DNA from: an uncultured archaeon | Lineage (GTDB): Archaea > Iainarchaeota > Iainarchaeia > Iainarchaeales > JAAZKV01 | DNA length: 64,000 nt | Assembly: GCA_964534045.1 (NCBI GenBank) | Contig: CAZHNO010000001.1 | Coordinates: 224,621-288,620 of the forward strand | Direction of reading: 5' to 3' | In this document: positions 36,779 to 47,733 of the stretch, piece by piece | How the letters are laid out: each line of letters begins with the position of its first letter | Numbering within the stretch: the stretch's first letter is position 1 | Made by a program: the position numbers and the translations under genes | Notes under the pieces: generated by a model | Database searches by the model: none | Told to the model about the DNA's origin: nothing | Seen by the model: the letters and a program-made list of their open reading frames with translations, nothing else

Positions 36779-37015
36779 ATGAAAAAAAGCATGAAAACCA
36801 TTTGGATAATTACATTAATCCTAACAATAATTTTTGCAACACTTGGTTTTGTTTTCGCACCAATACTTTGTTCAAGCACAAGTTCTTGTGGAGCATTGTC
36901 CTTAATGGGCGTTGGATTTCTTTTACTAGCTGTGTTAACATTCATTTTGTTAATAGTAGAAACGGCTTACGTCATAGTCAAAAAAATTACAAGAAAAACA
37001 GGTGAGAAAAAATGA
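36779..37015 (+). CDS. small two-TM membrane protein (78 aa) embedded between rpoB' and rpoA'
   Basis: ATG 3 nt after the rpoB' stop; its TGA overlaps the rpoA' ATG (ATGA). Two hydrophobic helices. Confidence 0.35.
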   Translation: MKKSMKTIWIITLILTIIFATLGFVFAPILCSSTSSCGALSLMGVGFLLLAVLTFILLIVETAYVIVKKITRKTGEKK

Positions 37016-39612
37016 TAATGAAAAAGATTGGAAGTATTGAGTTCACTTTGCTTGGGCCTGAAATGATTAGAAAAATGAGTGCTGTAGAAATCAAGACACC
37101 TGAAACTTATGATAAAGATGGTTTCCCAATGGAAGCCGGATTAATGGACGCACATTTAGGAGTAATTAATCCAGGAATAAGATGTAAAACTTGTGGACAA
37201 ACAATGAGAGAATGCCCAGGACACTTTGGACATTTAGAATTGGAAAGACCAGTTGTTCATTCTGAGTTTGGAAGAAAAATAGAACTTTTATTGAATGCAA
37301 CTTGTAAAGAATGTGGACACATACTATTACCAAGTGAACAAATAAAAAAAATGCAAGAAGAAACACACGGAAGAGTAAAAGATTTTTCAAAAAGAATTGT
37401 GTTAAAAGCAAAAACAATGAAAAAATGCCCAAATTGTAATGCTGTAGTTGGAAAAATTTTATTAGACAAACCAACAAATTTTTATTTTAATAAAGAAAGA
37501 ATTTATCCAACACAAATAAGAGAATGGGTAGAAAAAATTCCTGAAGACCAATTAAAAATATTAGGTTATGACACAAACAGAATCAGACCAGAATGGTTTG
37601 TAATAACAGTGTTACAAGTGCCTCCAATAACAATTAGACCAAGTATTTCTTTAGAAGGTGGAATAAAATCAGAAGATGATTTGACACACAAGCTAGTTGA
37701 TATTGCAAGAATTAATGCAAGATTAAAAGATAACATTGAAGCCGGAGCACCACAATTAATAATTGAAGATTTATGGGATTTATTGCAATACCATATAACA
37801 ACTTACTTTGATAATAACACAGCCGGAGTTCCTCCAGCAAAGCACAGAAGTGGAAGGCCATTGAGAACAATTATACAAAGATTGAAAGGAAAAAAAGGAA
37901 GATTCAGATATAACTTAACAGGAAAAAGAGTAAATCATGCCGCACGTTCAACAATTGTTCCTGATCCATATATTGATATTTCAGAATTAGGTGTGCCAGA
38001 AGAAGCAGCAAAAGAATTAACTGTTCCTGAATTTATTACAGAATGGAATTTAGCAACAATCAAAAAACAAATAAAAGAAACTTCTGATCCTGTTTACATA
38101 ATTAGACCAAACGGAACAAGAAGAAAAGTTACTGAAGAAAACAAAGAAGAAATTTTAACAGAAATTGATATTGGATACAGATTAGAGAGAAATTTGAGAG
38201 ATGGAGATATTGTTTTATTCAACAGACAACCATCACTACACAGAATGAGTATGATGGCACACACAGCAAGAATAATGCCTGGAAAAATATTTAGAATAAA
38301 TCCAATCGTTTGTGCACCATACAACGCTGACTTTGATGGAGATGAAATGAACTGCCACGTTCCACAAACAGAAGAAGGAAAAGCAGAAGCGAAAAGATTA
38401 ATGTTAGTAAGAGATCAAGTAATTTCTCCACGATTCGGTGCGCCAATAATTGCCCCTGCAGAAGATGGAATTTCAGGAATGTTTGCACTAACAATGCCAC
38501 AAACAGAATTCTCAAAAGAAGAAGCAATGCAATTAATGTATGAAATTGGAGTAACAGAATTACCAAAACCTGATAAAGGAAAAAATTATTCAGGAAAATT
38601 AATTTTCTCACAATTATTGCCAAAAGATTTGACTATGGAATTTGATTCATTCACAGGAAAAATATTAAAGGGAGTTGGCGTAGAGCACGAAATTGGAGAA
38701 AAAGTAATAATTGAAAATGGATTTTTAAAACAGGGAACAATTGATGCAAATGCTTTGAGTGGAGGAAGAGGACAATTAGTTGATAAATTAGCTAGAGAAT
38801 ATCCAAGCGAAATAATAGAAAAATTTTATCACGGATTGAACAGATTAATGGCATATGTATTAACATCAAAAGGAATGACTGCATCATTAGAAGAATACAA
38901 AACAAGCGATGAAATAAAGAAAGTGAAAAAGAGAGCTGTTGATGAAGCTTTCAAAAAAGGAAAAGCATTGGTTGATTCTTATGAAAGTGGAAAAATGGAA
39001 ATTATTCCAGGAAGAACACTTGACCAATCATTTGAACAATACATGATGAGAGTTGGTTTTGAAACAAAAGAAAAAGTAGAGAAAGAAGTAACAAAAGAAA
39101 AATTATCTTATGTGACAACAGAAAAACCAAAACTAAATACAATTGCAATGATACTAGCAAAATCAAGAGGAAGTACAATTAACTTAATGAACATTGCAGG
39201 GTTCTGGGGCCAAGCGAGTGTTCGTGAAGGAAGACCAAGGAAAGGATTCACTAAAAGATTAATCACATCAAACAGAAGAGGCGATGTGGGATTAGCTGCG
39301 GGTGGATTCATTGATAATAATTTCTTAGATGGAATGACAGCAAAACAATACTTCTACCACGCAATGGGTGGAAGACAAGGAGAAGTAGACACTGGTGTTT
39401 CAACAAAAGTATCAGGATATTTATATAGAAGACTAGCAAACGCATTGAAAGATTTGGTTGCTGCTCCAGACGGCACAGTAAGAACTGCAGCAAATTCATT
39501 AATACAATACAGATATGGAGAAGATGGAATTTTCCCAAAAAGTACTCAACATGGATTAAGTGTTGATGTAAAGAAAGAATATGAAGAATTAAAAAGAACA
39601 GGAGGAATTTAA
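37012..39612 (+). CDS. rpoA1: DNA-directed RNA polymerase subunit A' (Rpo1N)
   Basis: Zn motif CKTCGQTMRECPGHFGHLEL and catalytic NADFDGDEMN. Confidence 0.85.
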   Translation: MIMKKIGSIEFTLLGPEMIRKMSAVEIKTPETYDKDGFPMEAGLMDAHLGVINPGIRCKTCGQTMRECPGHFGHLELERPVVHSEFGRKIELLLNATCKECGHILLPSEQIKKMQEETHGRVKDFSKRIVLKAKTMKKCPNCNAVVGKILLDKPTNFYFNKERIYPTQIREWVEKIPEDQLKILGYDTNRIRPEWFVITVLQVPPITIRPSISLEGGIKSEDDLTHKLVDIARINARLKDNIEAGAPQLIIEDLWDLLQYHITTYFDNNTAGVPPAKHRSGRPLRTIIQRLKGKKGRFRYNLTGKRVNHAARSTIVPDPYIDISELGVPEEAAKELTVPEFITEWNLATIKKQIKETSDPVYIIRPNGTRRKVTEENKEEILTEIDIGYRLERNLRDGDIVLFNRQPSLHRMSMMAHTARIMPGKIFRINPIVCAPYNADFDGDEMNCHVPQTEEGKAEAKRLMLVRDQVISPRFGAPIIAPAEDGISGMFALTMPQTEFSKEEAMQLMYEIGVTELPKPDKGKNYSGKLIFSQLLPKDLTMEFDSFTGKILKGVGVEHEIGEKVIIENGFLKQGTIDANALSGGRGQLVDKLAREYPSEIIEKFYHGLNRLMAYVLTSKGMTASLEEYKTSDEIKKVKKRAVDEAFKKGKALVDSYESGKMEIIPGRTLDQSFEQYMMRVGFETKEKVEKEVTKEKLSYVTTEKPKLNTIAMILAKSRGSTINLMNIAGFWGQASVREGRPRKGFTKRLITSNRRGDVGLAAGGFIDNNFLDGMTAKQYFYHAMGGRQGEVDTGVSTKVSGYLYRRLANALKDLVAAPDGTVRTAANSLIQYRYGEDGIFPKSTQHGLSVDVKKEYEELKRTGGI

Positions 39613-40914
39613 ATGGCAAAAGACGAATTTGAAGAGAAAGATATTGGCGAAGAAGTTGAAGAAGCCGAAACAGAAGAAGAGACTCCTGAAGAAGAAGCAA
39701 TTGAAGAAGTTGAAACTGAAGAAGAAAAAATTGATGCTAAAGAAGCAAAGGAATTAAAGAAAAAATCTAAAGATGATAAAAGAATTTATGAAGAAGAAGA
39801 AAGAAGTTGGGAACAAGTAGAAATGCCAAAAAAACTTGTTGAAGAAATTGTTGCAATATCAGAAGTGTTTGGATTAAATAAAGAACAAGCAAATACACTA
39901 GCAGATATTGTAAAAAATAAGTACGATGCGGGACTAGTTGAACCTGGAGAAGCAGTAGGAATCATAGCAGCACAATCACTGGGAGAACCCGGAACACAAT
40001 TAATGCTAAGAACAAAACACTTTGCTGGATCAGCAGAAGTTTCTGTAGGTTCAGGAATACAAAGAGTAGAAGAAATTGTTGATGGAAGAAGCAAATCAAA
40101 ATACCCAACAATGACAATTTACTTAAATGATGACATAAAAAAAGACAGAACAAAAGCAGAAAAGTTTTCTAAAGAATTAATTGATGTAAGAGTAAAAGAC
40201 ATTACAAAATTAAGCGAAAATTTTGAAGAATTAAAATTTGCAATAGAAATTGACAAGGAGAAGGTAAAAGAATTACGACTTGATTTAGACGAAATTGTAG
40301 AAGTAATAAAAGCAGGATTAAAAGATTTGAAGTCAAGGCAACAAGAAAACAAAATTTATTTACAAATTGATAAAAAATCTGATTTATTAAAAGTAAGAAA
40401 AGATTTACTAAAAATACTTGAAGAAAAAGTACACGGAATAAAAGGAATCGAAAAAACTGTTCTAGTTGAAGAGGATGGAGAATTTGTAGTAAAAACATCA
40501 GGAAGCAATTTGAAAGCAGTAATAAAATTGGAAGAAGTTAATCCAGAAAAAGTATTCACAAATGATATTATAGAAACATCAAAAATACTAGGAATAGAAG
40601 CAGCAAGACAATTAGTTGTACAAGAATTAAAGAAAGTTTTAGATGATAATGGAATTGCAGTTGATGTAAGACACATAATGTTACTAGCAGATTTGATGAC
40701 ATTTAGTGGAGAAATCAAAGGAATTGTAAGAACAGGAATCAACAAACTAAAAGCATCTCCTTTCGCAAGAGCATCATTCGAAGAAACAACAAAACACTTA
40801 CTTGATGCAGCATTCAAAGGAGAAAGCGAAAACCTAACAGGAGTTGTAGAAAACTTAATTGTAGGACAACCTGTAAAAGTAGGAACAGGAATTGTTGAAT
40901 TATTGATGAAATAA
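39613..40914 (+). CDS. rpoA2: DNA-directed RNA polymerase subunit A'' (Rpo1C) with ~70-aa acidic N-terminal extension
   Basis: GGAGG RBS. GEPGTQLMLRTKHFAG trigger-loop region. The N-terminus is poly-E/K (EEVEEAETEEETPEEEAIEEVETEEEK). Confidence 0.8.
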   Translation: MAKDEFEEKDIGEEVEEAETEEETPEEEAIEEVETEEEKIDAKEAKELKKKSKDDKRIYEEEERSWEQVEMPKKLVEEIVAISEVFGLNKEQANTLADIVKNKYDAGLVEPGEAVGIIAAQSLGEPGTQLMLRTKHFAGSAEVSVGSGIQRVEEIVDGRSKSKYPTMTIYLNDDIKKDRTKAEKFSKELIDVRVKDITKLSENFEELKFAIEIDKEKVKELRLDLDEIVEVIKAGLKDLKSRQQENKIYLQIDKKSDLLKVRKDLLKILEEKVHGIKGIEKTVLVEEDGEFVVKTSGSNLKAVIKLEEVNPEKVFTNDIIETSKILGIEAARQLVVQELKKVLDDNGIAVDVRHIMLLADLMTFSGEIKGIVRTGINKLKASPFARASFEETTKHLLDAAFKGESENLTGVVENLIVGQPVKVGTGIVELLMK

Positions 40915-40969
40915 TTATTTTCTTCAAATAACCAAAAAGAATATTAAATGGATAAACTAAGATAATTTC

Positions 40970-41185
40970 ATGGAAATAAAACTTCTTGGAGTATTAGCAA
41001 CATACTTCTTAGTTGTACTTTTTGAATTCTTTTACACTTTCCAATTAGGCTTTTTTGGAATAATTAATGAAAGGACAAGTGATTTGATAATTATTATAAC
41101 AACAATAGTCTTTTTAGCAACTTATATTTTAATTTGGAAATATCCAAAAAAACAGAAAAATGTGGGCCAAAATGATAAAAAATAA
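40970..41185 (+). CDS. small membrane hypothetical protein (71 aa)
   Basis: Two hydrophobic helices; sits between rpoA'' and L30e. Confidence 0.25.
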   Translation: MEIKLLGVLATYFLVVLFEFFYTFQLGFFGIINERTSDLIIIITTIVFLATYILIWKYPKKQKNVGQNDKK

Positions 41186-41546
41186 ATATTTCTTAATTTT
41201 AAATTTGCTTCTAATCCTCCTCTGTTTTGGCCTTCTTTTAATTGGAGATCTTATTTTTTCAGGAGTTATTATTGCCATTAACATAATAATTTTAACAAAA
41301 TTCCTCCAAGATGACAAAAACCAAATTCATAGAGAAATTAAAAAATATTCAAAAATAATAGTGCTCTTTTTTGCAATTATTTTTGTAAGTGCTATTCTAA
41401 AAGCTTTGTTAGAAGGAGGCAAACTTTCAAGCGGAATGCCTATAACCCAAGATTACATTTTTATGCTATGGAGTGGTTTTAGCTGGATTGGATTGATGGC
41501 ATCAAATATTTTGCTTTTATTTATAATTCTTAAAATCAAAAAATAA
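41160..41546 (+). CDS. membrane hypothetical protein (128 aa, ~4 TM)
   Basis: ATG-initiated; overlaps the previous ORF by 26 nt in another frame. Confidence 0.3.
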   Translation: MWAKMIKNKYFLILNLLLILLCFGLLLIGDLIFSGVIIAINIIILTKFLQDDKNQIHREIKKYSKIIVLFFAIIFVSAILKALLEGGKLSSGMPITQDYIFMLWSGFSWIGLMASNILLLFIILKIKK

Positions 41547-41666
41547 CCTTTATAAACCTTCTATTAAAGAATTACTTTAACCTTGAGAAGTAACAAATGT
41601 TACGGAGTAAGGAAAAACCTTATTTTGTAATTGTTAATTCTCAAAATAATTGGTGAGCTGAATAAC

Positions 41667-41966
41667 ATGGTTGTAGATACAGGAAAAGAAATCAGACGTG
41701 CAGTTGACACTGGAAAAGTAGTTTTCGGTTACAAGCAATGCCATAAAGAATTGCTTAAAGGTAACGGAGAATTAGTTGTTGTGAGTACAAACATGCCAAC
41801 AACTGAAAGAGAAAAATTAAAACACGTTGCTGAATTAGAAGGAAAAAAGTATTTTGAATTTGATAAAAATGGTTTAGCATTAGGAAGTATTTGCGGAAAG
41901 CCATTTGTAATTTCAGCATTAATAGTATTAGATGCAGGAAAATCAAAAGTACTGGAATTACAGTGA
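41667..41966 (+). CDS. rpl30e: ribosomal protein L30e
   Basis: MVVDTGKEIRRAVDTGKVVFGYKQCHKELLKGNGELVVVSTNMP..; GGTGAG RBS upstream of the trimmed ATG. Confidence 0.75.
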   Translation: MVVDTGKEIRRAVDTGKVVFGYKQCHKELLKGNGELVVVSTNMPTTEREKLKHVAELEGKKYFEFDKNGLALGSICGKPFVISALIVLDAGKSKVLELQ

Positions 41967-41972
41967 AATAAA

Positions 41973-42368
41973 ATGAAATTAAGCATGGATGAAATCCTGT
42001 TAATTAATGCTCTTGAAGAAGTTTCAAGAGTTCAAGCAAAGGATTGTATTGCAGAGGGCAATATGGTGACTTACTTGGTTAATGGAAAAGAAGTTGGCAA
42101 AGCCATTGGAAAAAAAGCAACAAATGTTAAATTGCTGGAAAATAAAATAAAAAAGAAAATAGAAATAATTGGTTCTTTTAAAGAACCAGAAGAAATTTTG
42201 GCAAAAACATTTGACGTAAAAATAGAAGAAAAGGAAAAAAAGAGTGGAAAATTAATTTTGAAATTAAGTGCTTTGGATAAGAAAAAGGTTTTTAGTAAAG
42301 CAAGTAGATTCAAAAGAGTAAAAGAATTAGTAGAGAGAAATTATGGAGTAGAAATGATTCTAAATTAA
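41973..42368 (+). CDS. nusA: archaeal NusA homolog (two KH domains)
   Basis: Conserved position after L30e; KH-like GKAIGKKATNVKLLENKIKKKIEII. Confidence 0.7.
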   Translation: MKLSMDEILLINALEEVSRVQAKDCIAEGNMVTYLVNGKEVGKAIGKKATNVKLLENKIKKKIEIIGSFKEPEEILAKTFDVKIEEKEKKSGKLILKLSALDKKKVFSKASRFKRVKELVERNYGVEMILN

Positions 42369-42403
42369 AAAGGTTTTGTTTAGAAAATTGATATGGTGAG
42401 CAA

Positions 42404-42835
42404 ATGGGTTATGGAGAATTCGCAGCTTTAGGTCTTGAAAGAAGAAGAAAAAAGTGGCGTAAGAAAGATAGAAGAGTGCTGAAAAAACAAAAAGCTCAAA
42501 CTGGCAGACATGATGACTTGCTTGAGGGTTCACCACAAGGAAAAGGAATTGTTTTAGAAAAAAGAGGAGTAACTGCTAAACAGCCAAACTCTGGAATTAG
42601 AAAATGTGTAAGAGTTCAACTTATTAAAAATGGAAAAGAATTAACTGCACTTGCACCAAAAGATGGAGCAATAAAGTTTATTGATGAACACGATGAAGTA
42701 ATTGTTTCAGGAATTGGTGGAGCACAAGGCGGTTCAATGGGAGACCTATGGGGAGTAAAATATAAAGTTACTCACGTAAATGGAATATCTTTAGAAATGT
42801 TAAGAAGCGGAAAGAAAGAGAAGTCAAAGAGATGA
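42404..42835 (+). CDS. rps12: ribosomal protein S12 (uS12)
   Basis: [46 protein letters not shown]..; GGTGAG RBS. Confidence 0.85.
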   Translation: MGYGEFAALGLERRRKKWRKKDRRVLKKQKAQTGRHDDLLEGSPQGKGIVLEKRGVTAKQPNSGIRKCVRVQLIKNGKELTALAPKDGAIKFIDEHDEVIVSGIGGAQGGSMGDLWGVKYKVTHVNGISLEMLRSGKKEKSKR

Positions 42836-42839
42836 TTAA

Positions 42840-43670
42840 ATGGTTAAAGAAGAAGGAATTATTGAAAAAATTGAAAATGCTGTTGAAGAAATTGCTGAAA
42901 AAGTAAGTGAAGTGGCAAAAAACACTGAAGAAAAGCAAGCTCCAAAAAGATTTGAAAAAAGAAATAATTTTAGGGGCAGAGGAAGAGACAGAGATGAATA
43001 TAAAGAAAAATATGAACAAAAAGAGTTTACTAAACCAGTTTTTGTAAAAAAACAAACTCCATTTTCTGATTATAAAATGTTTAACAAATGGTCAGCAAAA
43101 GATGTTATTGTTTCTGATTTAAGTTTAATAAATTATATGAATTTGGATCCAGTAATAATCCCTCATACATTTGGAAAAAGAACAAGAGGAAGATTTAGTA
43201 AAACACAAGTAAATGTTGTTGAAAGATTAATTAACAAAGCGATGCGTTCTGGACAAGGAAAAAAGAAATTATCTGGAAAATATATTAGAGGAAGGGGAAG
43301 TTGTGGGAAAAAATTACAAGTAATGAATATAGTTGAAGATGCTTTTGAAATCATTGAAGAAAAAACAAAACAAAACCCAATACAAGTACTGGTTACAGCA
43401 ATAGAAAATTCAGCACCAAGAGAAGATGTAACAAGAGTAAAAAAAGGTGGAGTTGCTTATTCAATTGCAGTTGATGTATCTCCTTTGAAAAGATTAGATG
43501 CTGCAATAAAAAATATTGCATTAGCAGGATTTGGAAATTCTTTTAATAATAAAACTGATGCCGCAAGTGCATTAGCTGAAGAAATAATTTCAGCAGCAAA
43601 CAATGATATTAAAAGTATCGCAATTAAGAGAAGAGATGAAGTAGAAAGAATTGCAAGAGCAAGCAGATAA
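42840..43670 (+). CDS. rps7: ribosomal protein S7 (uS7), possibly with a 79-aa charged N-terminal extension (alternative start 43077)
   Basis: Conserved S7 core from MFNKWSAKDVIVSDLSLINYMNL onward. The in-frame ATG is 4 nt after the S12 stop, and there is no RBS before the internal ATG. Confidence 0.8.
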   Translation: MVKEEGIIEKIENAVEEIAEKVSEVAKNTEEKQAPKRFEKRNNFRGRGRDRDEYKEKYEQKEFTKPVFVKKQTPFSDYKMFNKWSAKDVIVSDLSLINYMNLDPVIIPHTFGKRTRGRFSKTQVNVVERLINKAMRSGQGKKKLSGKYIRGRGSCGKKLQVMNIVEDAFEIIEEKTKQNPIQVLVTAIENSAPREDVTRVKKGGVAYSIAVDVSPLKRLDAAIKNIALAGFGNSFNNKTDAASALAEEIISAANNDIKSIAIKRRDEVERIARASR

Positions 43671-43686
43671 TAAATGGGTGATAATA

Positions 43687-45879
43687 GTGGGACGAAAAGA
43701 AGACATGGTTGATTTGGTAGAAACTTTAATGGGTGCAAGAGAAAATATTAGAAATATTGGAACTGTTGCTCACATTGACCATGGTAAAACTACTTTGTCA
43801 GATTCATTAATTGCTGCTGCAGGATTAATTAATTCTGATTTATCTGGTGACGTTCAATTAATGGATTATGAAGATCAAGAACAAGATAGAGGAATCACAA
43901 TTAACGCCGCAAACATTTCACTTAACTTTGAATGGGAAGGAAAACAACACTTAATTAATTTAATTGACACTCCTGGACACGTTGATTTTACTGGAGAAGT
44001 AATAAGAGCAATGAGAGCAGTTGATGGAGTAATATTAGTTGTTGATGCTGTTGAAGGAGTAATGCCACAAACAGAAACAGTAATCAGACAATCACTAAGA
44101 GAATATGTAAGACCTGTTTTATTTATTAATAAAGTTGATAGAATAATTTCTGAATTAAATGCTACTGAACAACAAATGCAAGAAAAATTCATTAAAGTAA
44201 TCGCGCATGTGAACACTTTAATTGAAAGAAATGCTCCTGAACAATTCAAAGAAGAGTGGAAAGTTTCAATAGAAAAAGGAACTGTTGCTTTTGGAAGTGC
44301 AAAAAAGAAATGGGCTGTTTCAGCACCATACATAAAAAAATCAAAAGTTAGTTTTAAACAAGTTTATGAATACATGAAAAACGATAAACAAGATGAATTA
44401 GCAAAAGTTTCTCCAGTGCACGAAGCAGTAATGCAAATGGTTATTGAACATTTACCAAGCCCAATAGAAGCACAAAAATATAGAATTAAAAAAATTTGGG
44501 CCGGAGATGAAAATTCAGAAGTTGGAAAACACATGGTAAATTGTGATGAAGTTGCACCACTATCAATGGTTATTACTGATGTAAGTGTTGACCCACACGC
44601 AGGAGACGTTGCAACTGGAAGAATTTATTCAGGAACAATAAAACCAGGCGATGAAGTAAAATTATCATCAGTAAATCAAACAATCAAAGTTCAAAAACTT
44701 GGAGTTTATATGAGTGGAGACTTCTTAACAATTGGTTCAGCAAGAGCGGGAAATATTGCAGCAATTGTTGGGGCAAAAGACATTTATGCTGGGGAAACTG
44801 TTTCAACAACAGAAATAAAACCATTTGAAAGTTTCATGAGTAATGTAAAACCAGTAATGACAATTTCAATAGAAGCAAAAAATCCAAAAGATTTACCAAA
44901 ACTAATTGATGTTCTAAAAAGATTATCAAAAGAAGATCCAAACTTACAGGCAACAATAAATCAAGAAACTGGTGAACACTTGCTTTCAGGAATGGGAGAA
45001 TTACATTTAGAAGTAAATATTTATAGGATAAAAGTTGGAAATAAATTGGATGTAGAAACATCACCACCAATAGTTGTTTACCATGAAGCAATAAAAGGTG
45101 AAAGTGAAGTGCTAGAAGCAAAGAGTCCAAACAAACACAACAAGTTCAAACTAAAAGCATCAAAAATGCCAGAAGAAATTTTCAAAAATTTAGCAGAAAC
45201 AGATTTTAATGGAAAAATAAAACCAAAACATGCAGAGAGTGTAGAAAAATTAAAAGCACTTGGCTTTGACACAGATACTTCAAGAAAAGTATGGGCAATA
45301 ACAAATCAATGCGCATTAATTGATAGAACAAGAGGAATACAAGCACTAACAGAAATCAGAGAATTAGTAATACAAGGTTTCATGGATGCAATGAATGCTG
45401 GTCCACTAGCAAAAGAAAAATGTCAAGGCGTAATAATTGAATTAGATGATGCAACTTTACACGAAGATTCAATACACAGAGGACCCGCACAAATATTGCC
45501 TTGTATAACAAGAGGAGTTTATGCTTGCATGTTACAAGCAGGAACTGAACTTTACGAACCAAAACAATTACTAACAGTAACTATTCCAGAAGACCAAATG
45601 GGTGCTGCAAGCAGAGAATTAGGTTCAAGAAGAGTACAAATAACAGAAATGAGAACAGAAGGAGACTCTTCAATAATAATTGGAAAAGCACCAGTAAAAG
45701 AATTAATTGGATTTAGTAATGCAATGAGAAGTGCAACACAAGGAAGAGCAGTATGGACTGCTGAGTACTATGGTTATGAAAAACTTCCTAGCGAATTACA
45801 ATTACCAACAACTAAAGAAATAAGAAAAAGAAAAGGAATGCCTGAAGAAATCAAAACATGGCAATTCTTTTTAGAATAA
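43687..45879 (+). CDS. fusA: translation elongation factor 2 (aEF-2)
   Basis: GTVAHIDHGKTTLSDSL G-domain and full-length EF-2 similarity. The start is taken at an in-frame GTG (MGRKEDMVDL..); the ATG at 43705 is an alternative. The track ORF starts at an upstream TTG that overlaps S7. Confidence 0.85.
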   Translation: MGRKEDMVDLVETLMGARENIRNIGTVAHIDHGKTTLSDSLIAAAGLINSDLSGDVQLMDYEDQEQDRGITINAANISLNFEWEGKQHLINLIDTPGHVDFTGEVIRAMRAVDGVILVVDAVEGVMPQTETVIRQSLREYVRPVLFINKVDRIISELNATEQQMQEKFIKVIAHVNTLIERNAPEQFKEEWKVSIEKGTVAFGSAKKKWAVSAPYIKKSKVSFKQVYEYMKNDKQDELAKVSPVHEAVMQMVIEHLPSPIEAQKYRIKKIWAGDENSEVGKHMVNCDEVAPLSMVITDVSVDPHAGDVATGRIYSGTIKPGDEVKLSSVNQTIKVQKLGVYMSGDFLTIGSARAGNIAAIVGAKDIYAGETVSTTEIKPFESFMSNVKPVMTISIEAKNPKDLPKLIDVLKRLSKEDPNLQATINQETGEHLLSGMGELHLEVNIYRIKVGNKLDVETSPPIVVYHEAIKGESEVLEAKSPNKHNKFKLKASKMPEEIFKNLAETDFNGKIKPKHAESVEKLKALGFDTDTSRKVWAITNQCALIDRTRGIQALTEIRELVIQGFMDAMNAGPLAKEKCQGVIIELDDATLHEDSIHRGPAQILPCITRGVYACMLQAGTELYEPKQLLTVTIPEDQMGAASRELGSRRVQITEMRTEGDSSIIIGKAPVKELIGFSNAMRSATQGRAVWTAEYYGYEKLPSELQLPTTKEIRKRKGMPEEIKTWQFFLE

Positions 45880-45962
45880 GGTTGTCAATTTTTAGCACAA
45901 TTTTACAATTAATTGAATGATTTTAAAAAAAATTATTCATTAATCTCAACACAAAAATAGAG

Positions 45963-45978
45963 AAGCTTTATAAAGCTT
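45963..45978 (+). promoter_or_regulatory. palindromic TATA-box-like element AAGCTTTATAAAGCTT upstream of tuf
   Basis: AT-rich TATA consensus ~100 nt upstream of the tuf ATG. The distance is longer than typical, so confidence is low. Confidence 0.25.
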
Positions 45979-46075
45979 TTTTAATCAAAATAAGTTAGTG
46001 CGTTGCTTGGTGAACGGCTTAAAATCTCATAGTAGCGCCATTATCAATACAATATAGGAGATTGGAGGAATTGAA

Positions 46076-47341
46076 ATGGCAAATAAAGAATTAATTAATG
46101 TAGTTTTCATTGGACATGTAGATCATGGTAAGTCTACAACAGTTGGTAGATTACTTTATGATGGAGGAGCACTTTCTGAACAAGAATACAGAAAGTTAGA
46201 AGAGATTGCAAAAGAAAAAGGAAAAAGTACATTTGCTTTTGCTTACGCAATGGATAATTTGAAAGAAGAAAGAGAAAGAGGAGTAACAATTGATGTTTCA
46301 TACAAAAGATTTGATGCGAAGAAACACCAATTCACAATTATTGATGCTCCTGGACACAGAGACTTTGTAAAAAACATGATAACAGGAACTTCACAAGCTG
46401 ATGTTGCTGTATTAGTAGTTGCGGCAAAAGAAGGACCACAACCTCAAACAAAAGAACACGCATTCTTAGCACAAGTAATGGGAATAAAACAAATTGTTGT
46501 TGCTATTAACAAAATGGATGAAGTGGGTTATGAAGAAGCAAAATTTACTGCTGTTAAAAATGAAATGGCAAAAATGCTAAAAGGAATTGGATACAAAGAT
46601 GATAATGTAAAATTTGTGCCAATATCAGCATGGAAAGGAGATAACATTGTTAATAAAACAGATAACATAAAATACGCACCAAAAACATTGTTAGAAACTC
46701 TTGATGATATGCAAGCACCACCATCACCAGTTGATAAAGCATTGAGAATACCAATTCAAGATGTATACAACATTAAGGGTGTTGGAGCTATTCCAGTTGG
46801 AAGAGTTGAAACAGGAATTTTAAAATCAAATACACAAGTAATAGTAATGCCTTCAGGAAAGAAAGGTGAAGTAAAAGATATTGAAGAACACCACGAAAAA
46901 CTTGCTGAAGCAAGACCTGGAAACAACATTGGTTTCTCTATTAGAGGACTAAGTAAAGAAGACATGGGAAGAGGTGACGTTGTAGGACCAATTACTGCTC
47001 CACCAACAGTTGCTAAAGCATTCACTGCACAAATTGTTGTGTTGAACCACCCAACAGCTATACCCGTAGGATACACACCAGTATTCCACTTACACACTGC
47101 ACAAATGTCAATGAGTATAACTGAAATACAAAAGAAATTAAACCCAAATACTGGAGAAACTTTGGAAGAAAATCCAAAATTCTTGAAAACAGGAGATGCA
47201 GCAATAGTAAAAATTGTTCCAACAAAACCTGTTTGTGCGGAAAACTTTAAGGATTTCCCACAATTAGGAAGATTTGCAATAAGAGATATGGGACAAACAG
47301 TTGCAGCAGGAGTAATCCTAAGTATAGAAAAAAGAGAATAA
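46076..47341 (+). CDS. tuf: translation elongation factor 1-alpha (aEF-1A)
   Basis: [21 protein letters not shown] motifs; GGAGATTGGAGG RBS. Confidence 0.9.
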   Translation: MANKELINVVFIGHVDHGKSTTVGRLLYDGGALSEQEYRKLEEIAKEKGKSTFAFAYAMDNLKEERERGVTIDVSYKRFDAKKHQFTIIDAPGHRDFVKNMITGTSQADVAVLVVAAKEGPQPQTKEHAFLAQVMGIKQIVVAINKMDEVGYEEAKFTAVKNEMAKMLKGIGYKDDNVKFVPISAWKGDNIVNKTDNIKYAPKTLLETLDDMQAPPSPVDKALRIPIQDVYNIKGVGAIPVGRVETGILKSNTQVIVMPSGKKGEVKDIEEHHEKLAEARPGNNIGFSIRGLSKEDMGRGDVVGPITAPPTVAKAFTAQIVVLNHPTAIPVGYTPVFHLHTAQMSMSITEIQKKLNPNTGETLEENPKFLKTGDAAIVKIVPTKPVCAENFKDFPQLGRFAIRDMGQTVAAGVILSIEKRE

Positions 47342-47424
47342 ATAAATTAAAAATTTGAATTTGGTGTGAGGGCTATTCTTCACATCAATTTTATATTTAA
47401 TATAAAAAAAGTAGGTGAAAAAAA

Positions 47425-47733
47425 ATGCAAACAGCAAGAATAAAATTATCAGGAACAAACTATACGACATTAGAAGAAATTTGCAGCAAAATAATTGAGG
47501 TTGCTGAAAGAACTGGAGCAAAACACTCTGGAAAAATTGCTTTACCTACAAAAAAACTAATTATACCAACAAGAAAAAGTCCTTGTGGTGGTGGAACAGA
47601 AACTTACGAAAGATGGCGAATGAGAATCCACAAAAGACTACTTGATATACAAGCAGATGAAAGAACTTTGAAAAGAGTAATGCGAGTAGAAATACCAGAA
47701 GACATTCACATGGAAATTGAGTTAAAGGCTTAA
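47425..47733 (+). CDS. rps10: ribosomal protein S10 (uS10)
   Basis: ARIKLSGTNYTTLEEICSKIIEVAERTGAKHSGKIALPTKK..; AGGTGA RBS. Confidence 0.85.
   Translation: MQTARIKLSGTNYTTLEEICSKIIEVAERTGAKHSGKIALPTKKLIIPTRKSPCGGGTETYERWRMRIHKRLLDIQADERTLKRVMRVEIPEDIHMEIELKA

Noticed and set aside
36802-37005. Alternative-frame ORF overlapping the small membrane-protein gene between rpoB' and rpoA'
   Set aside because: It overlaps the same region in another frame and is not coupled to the flanking stops and starts. The 36779 frame fits the operon junction exactly.
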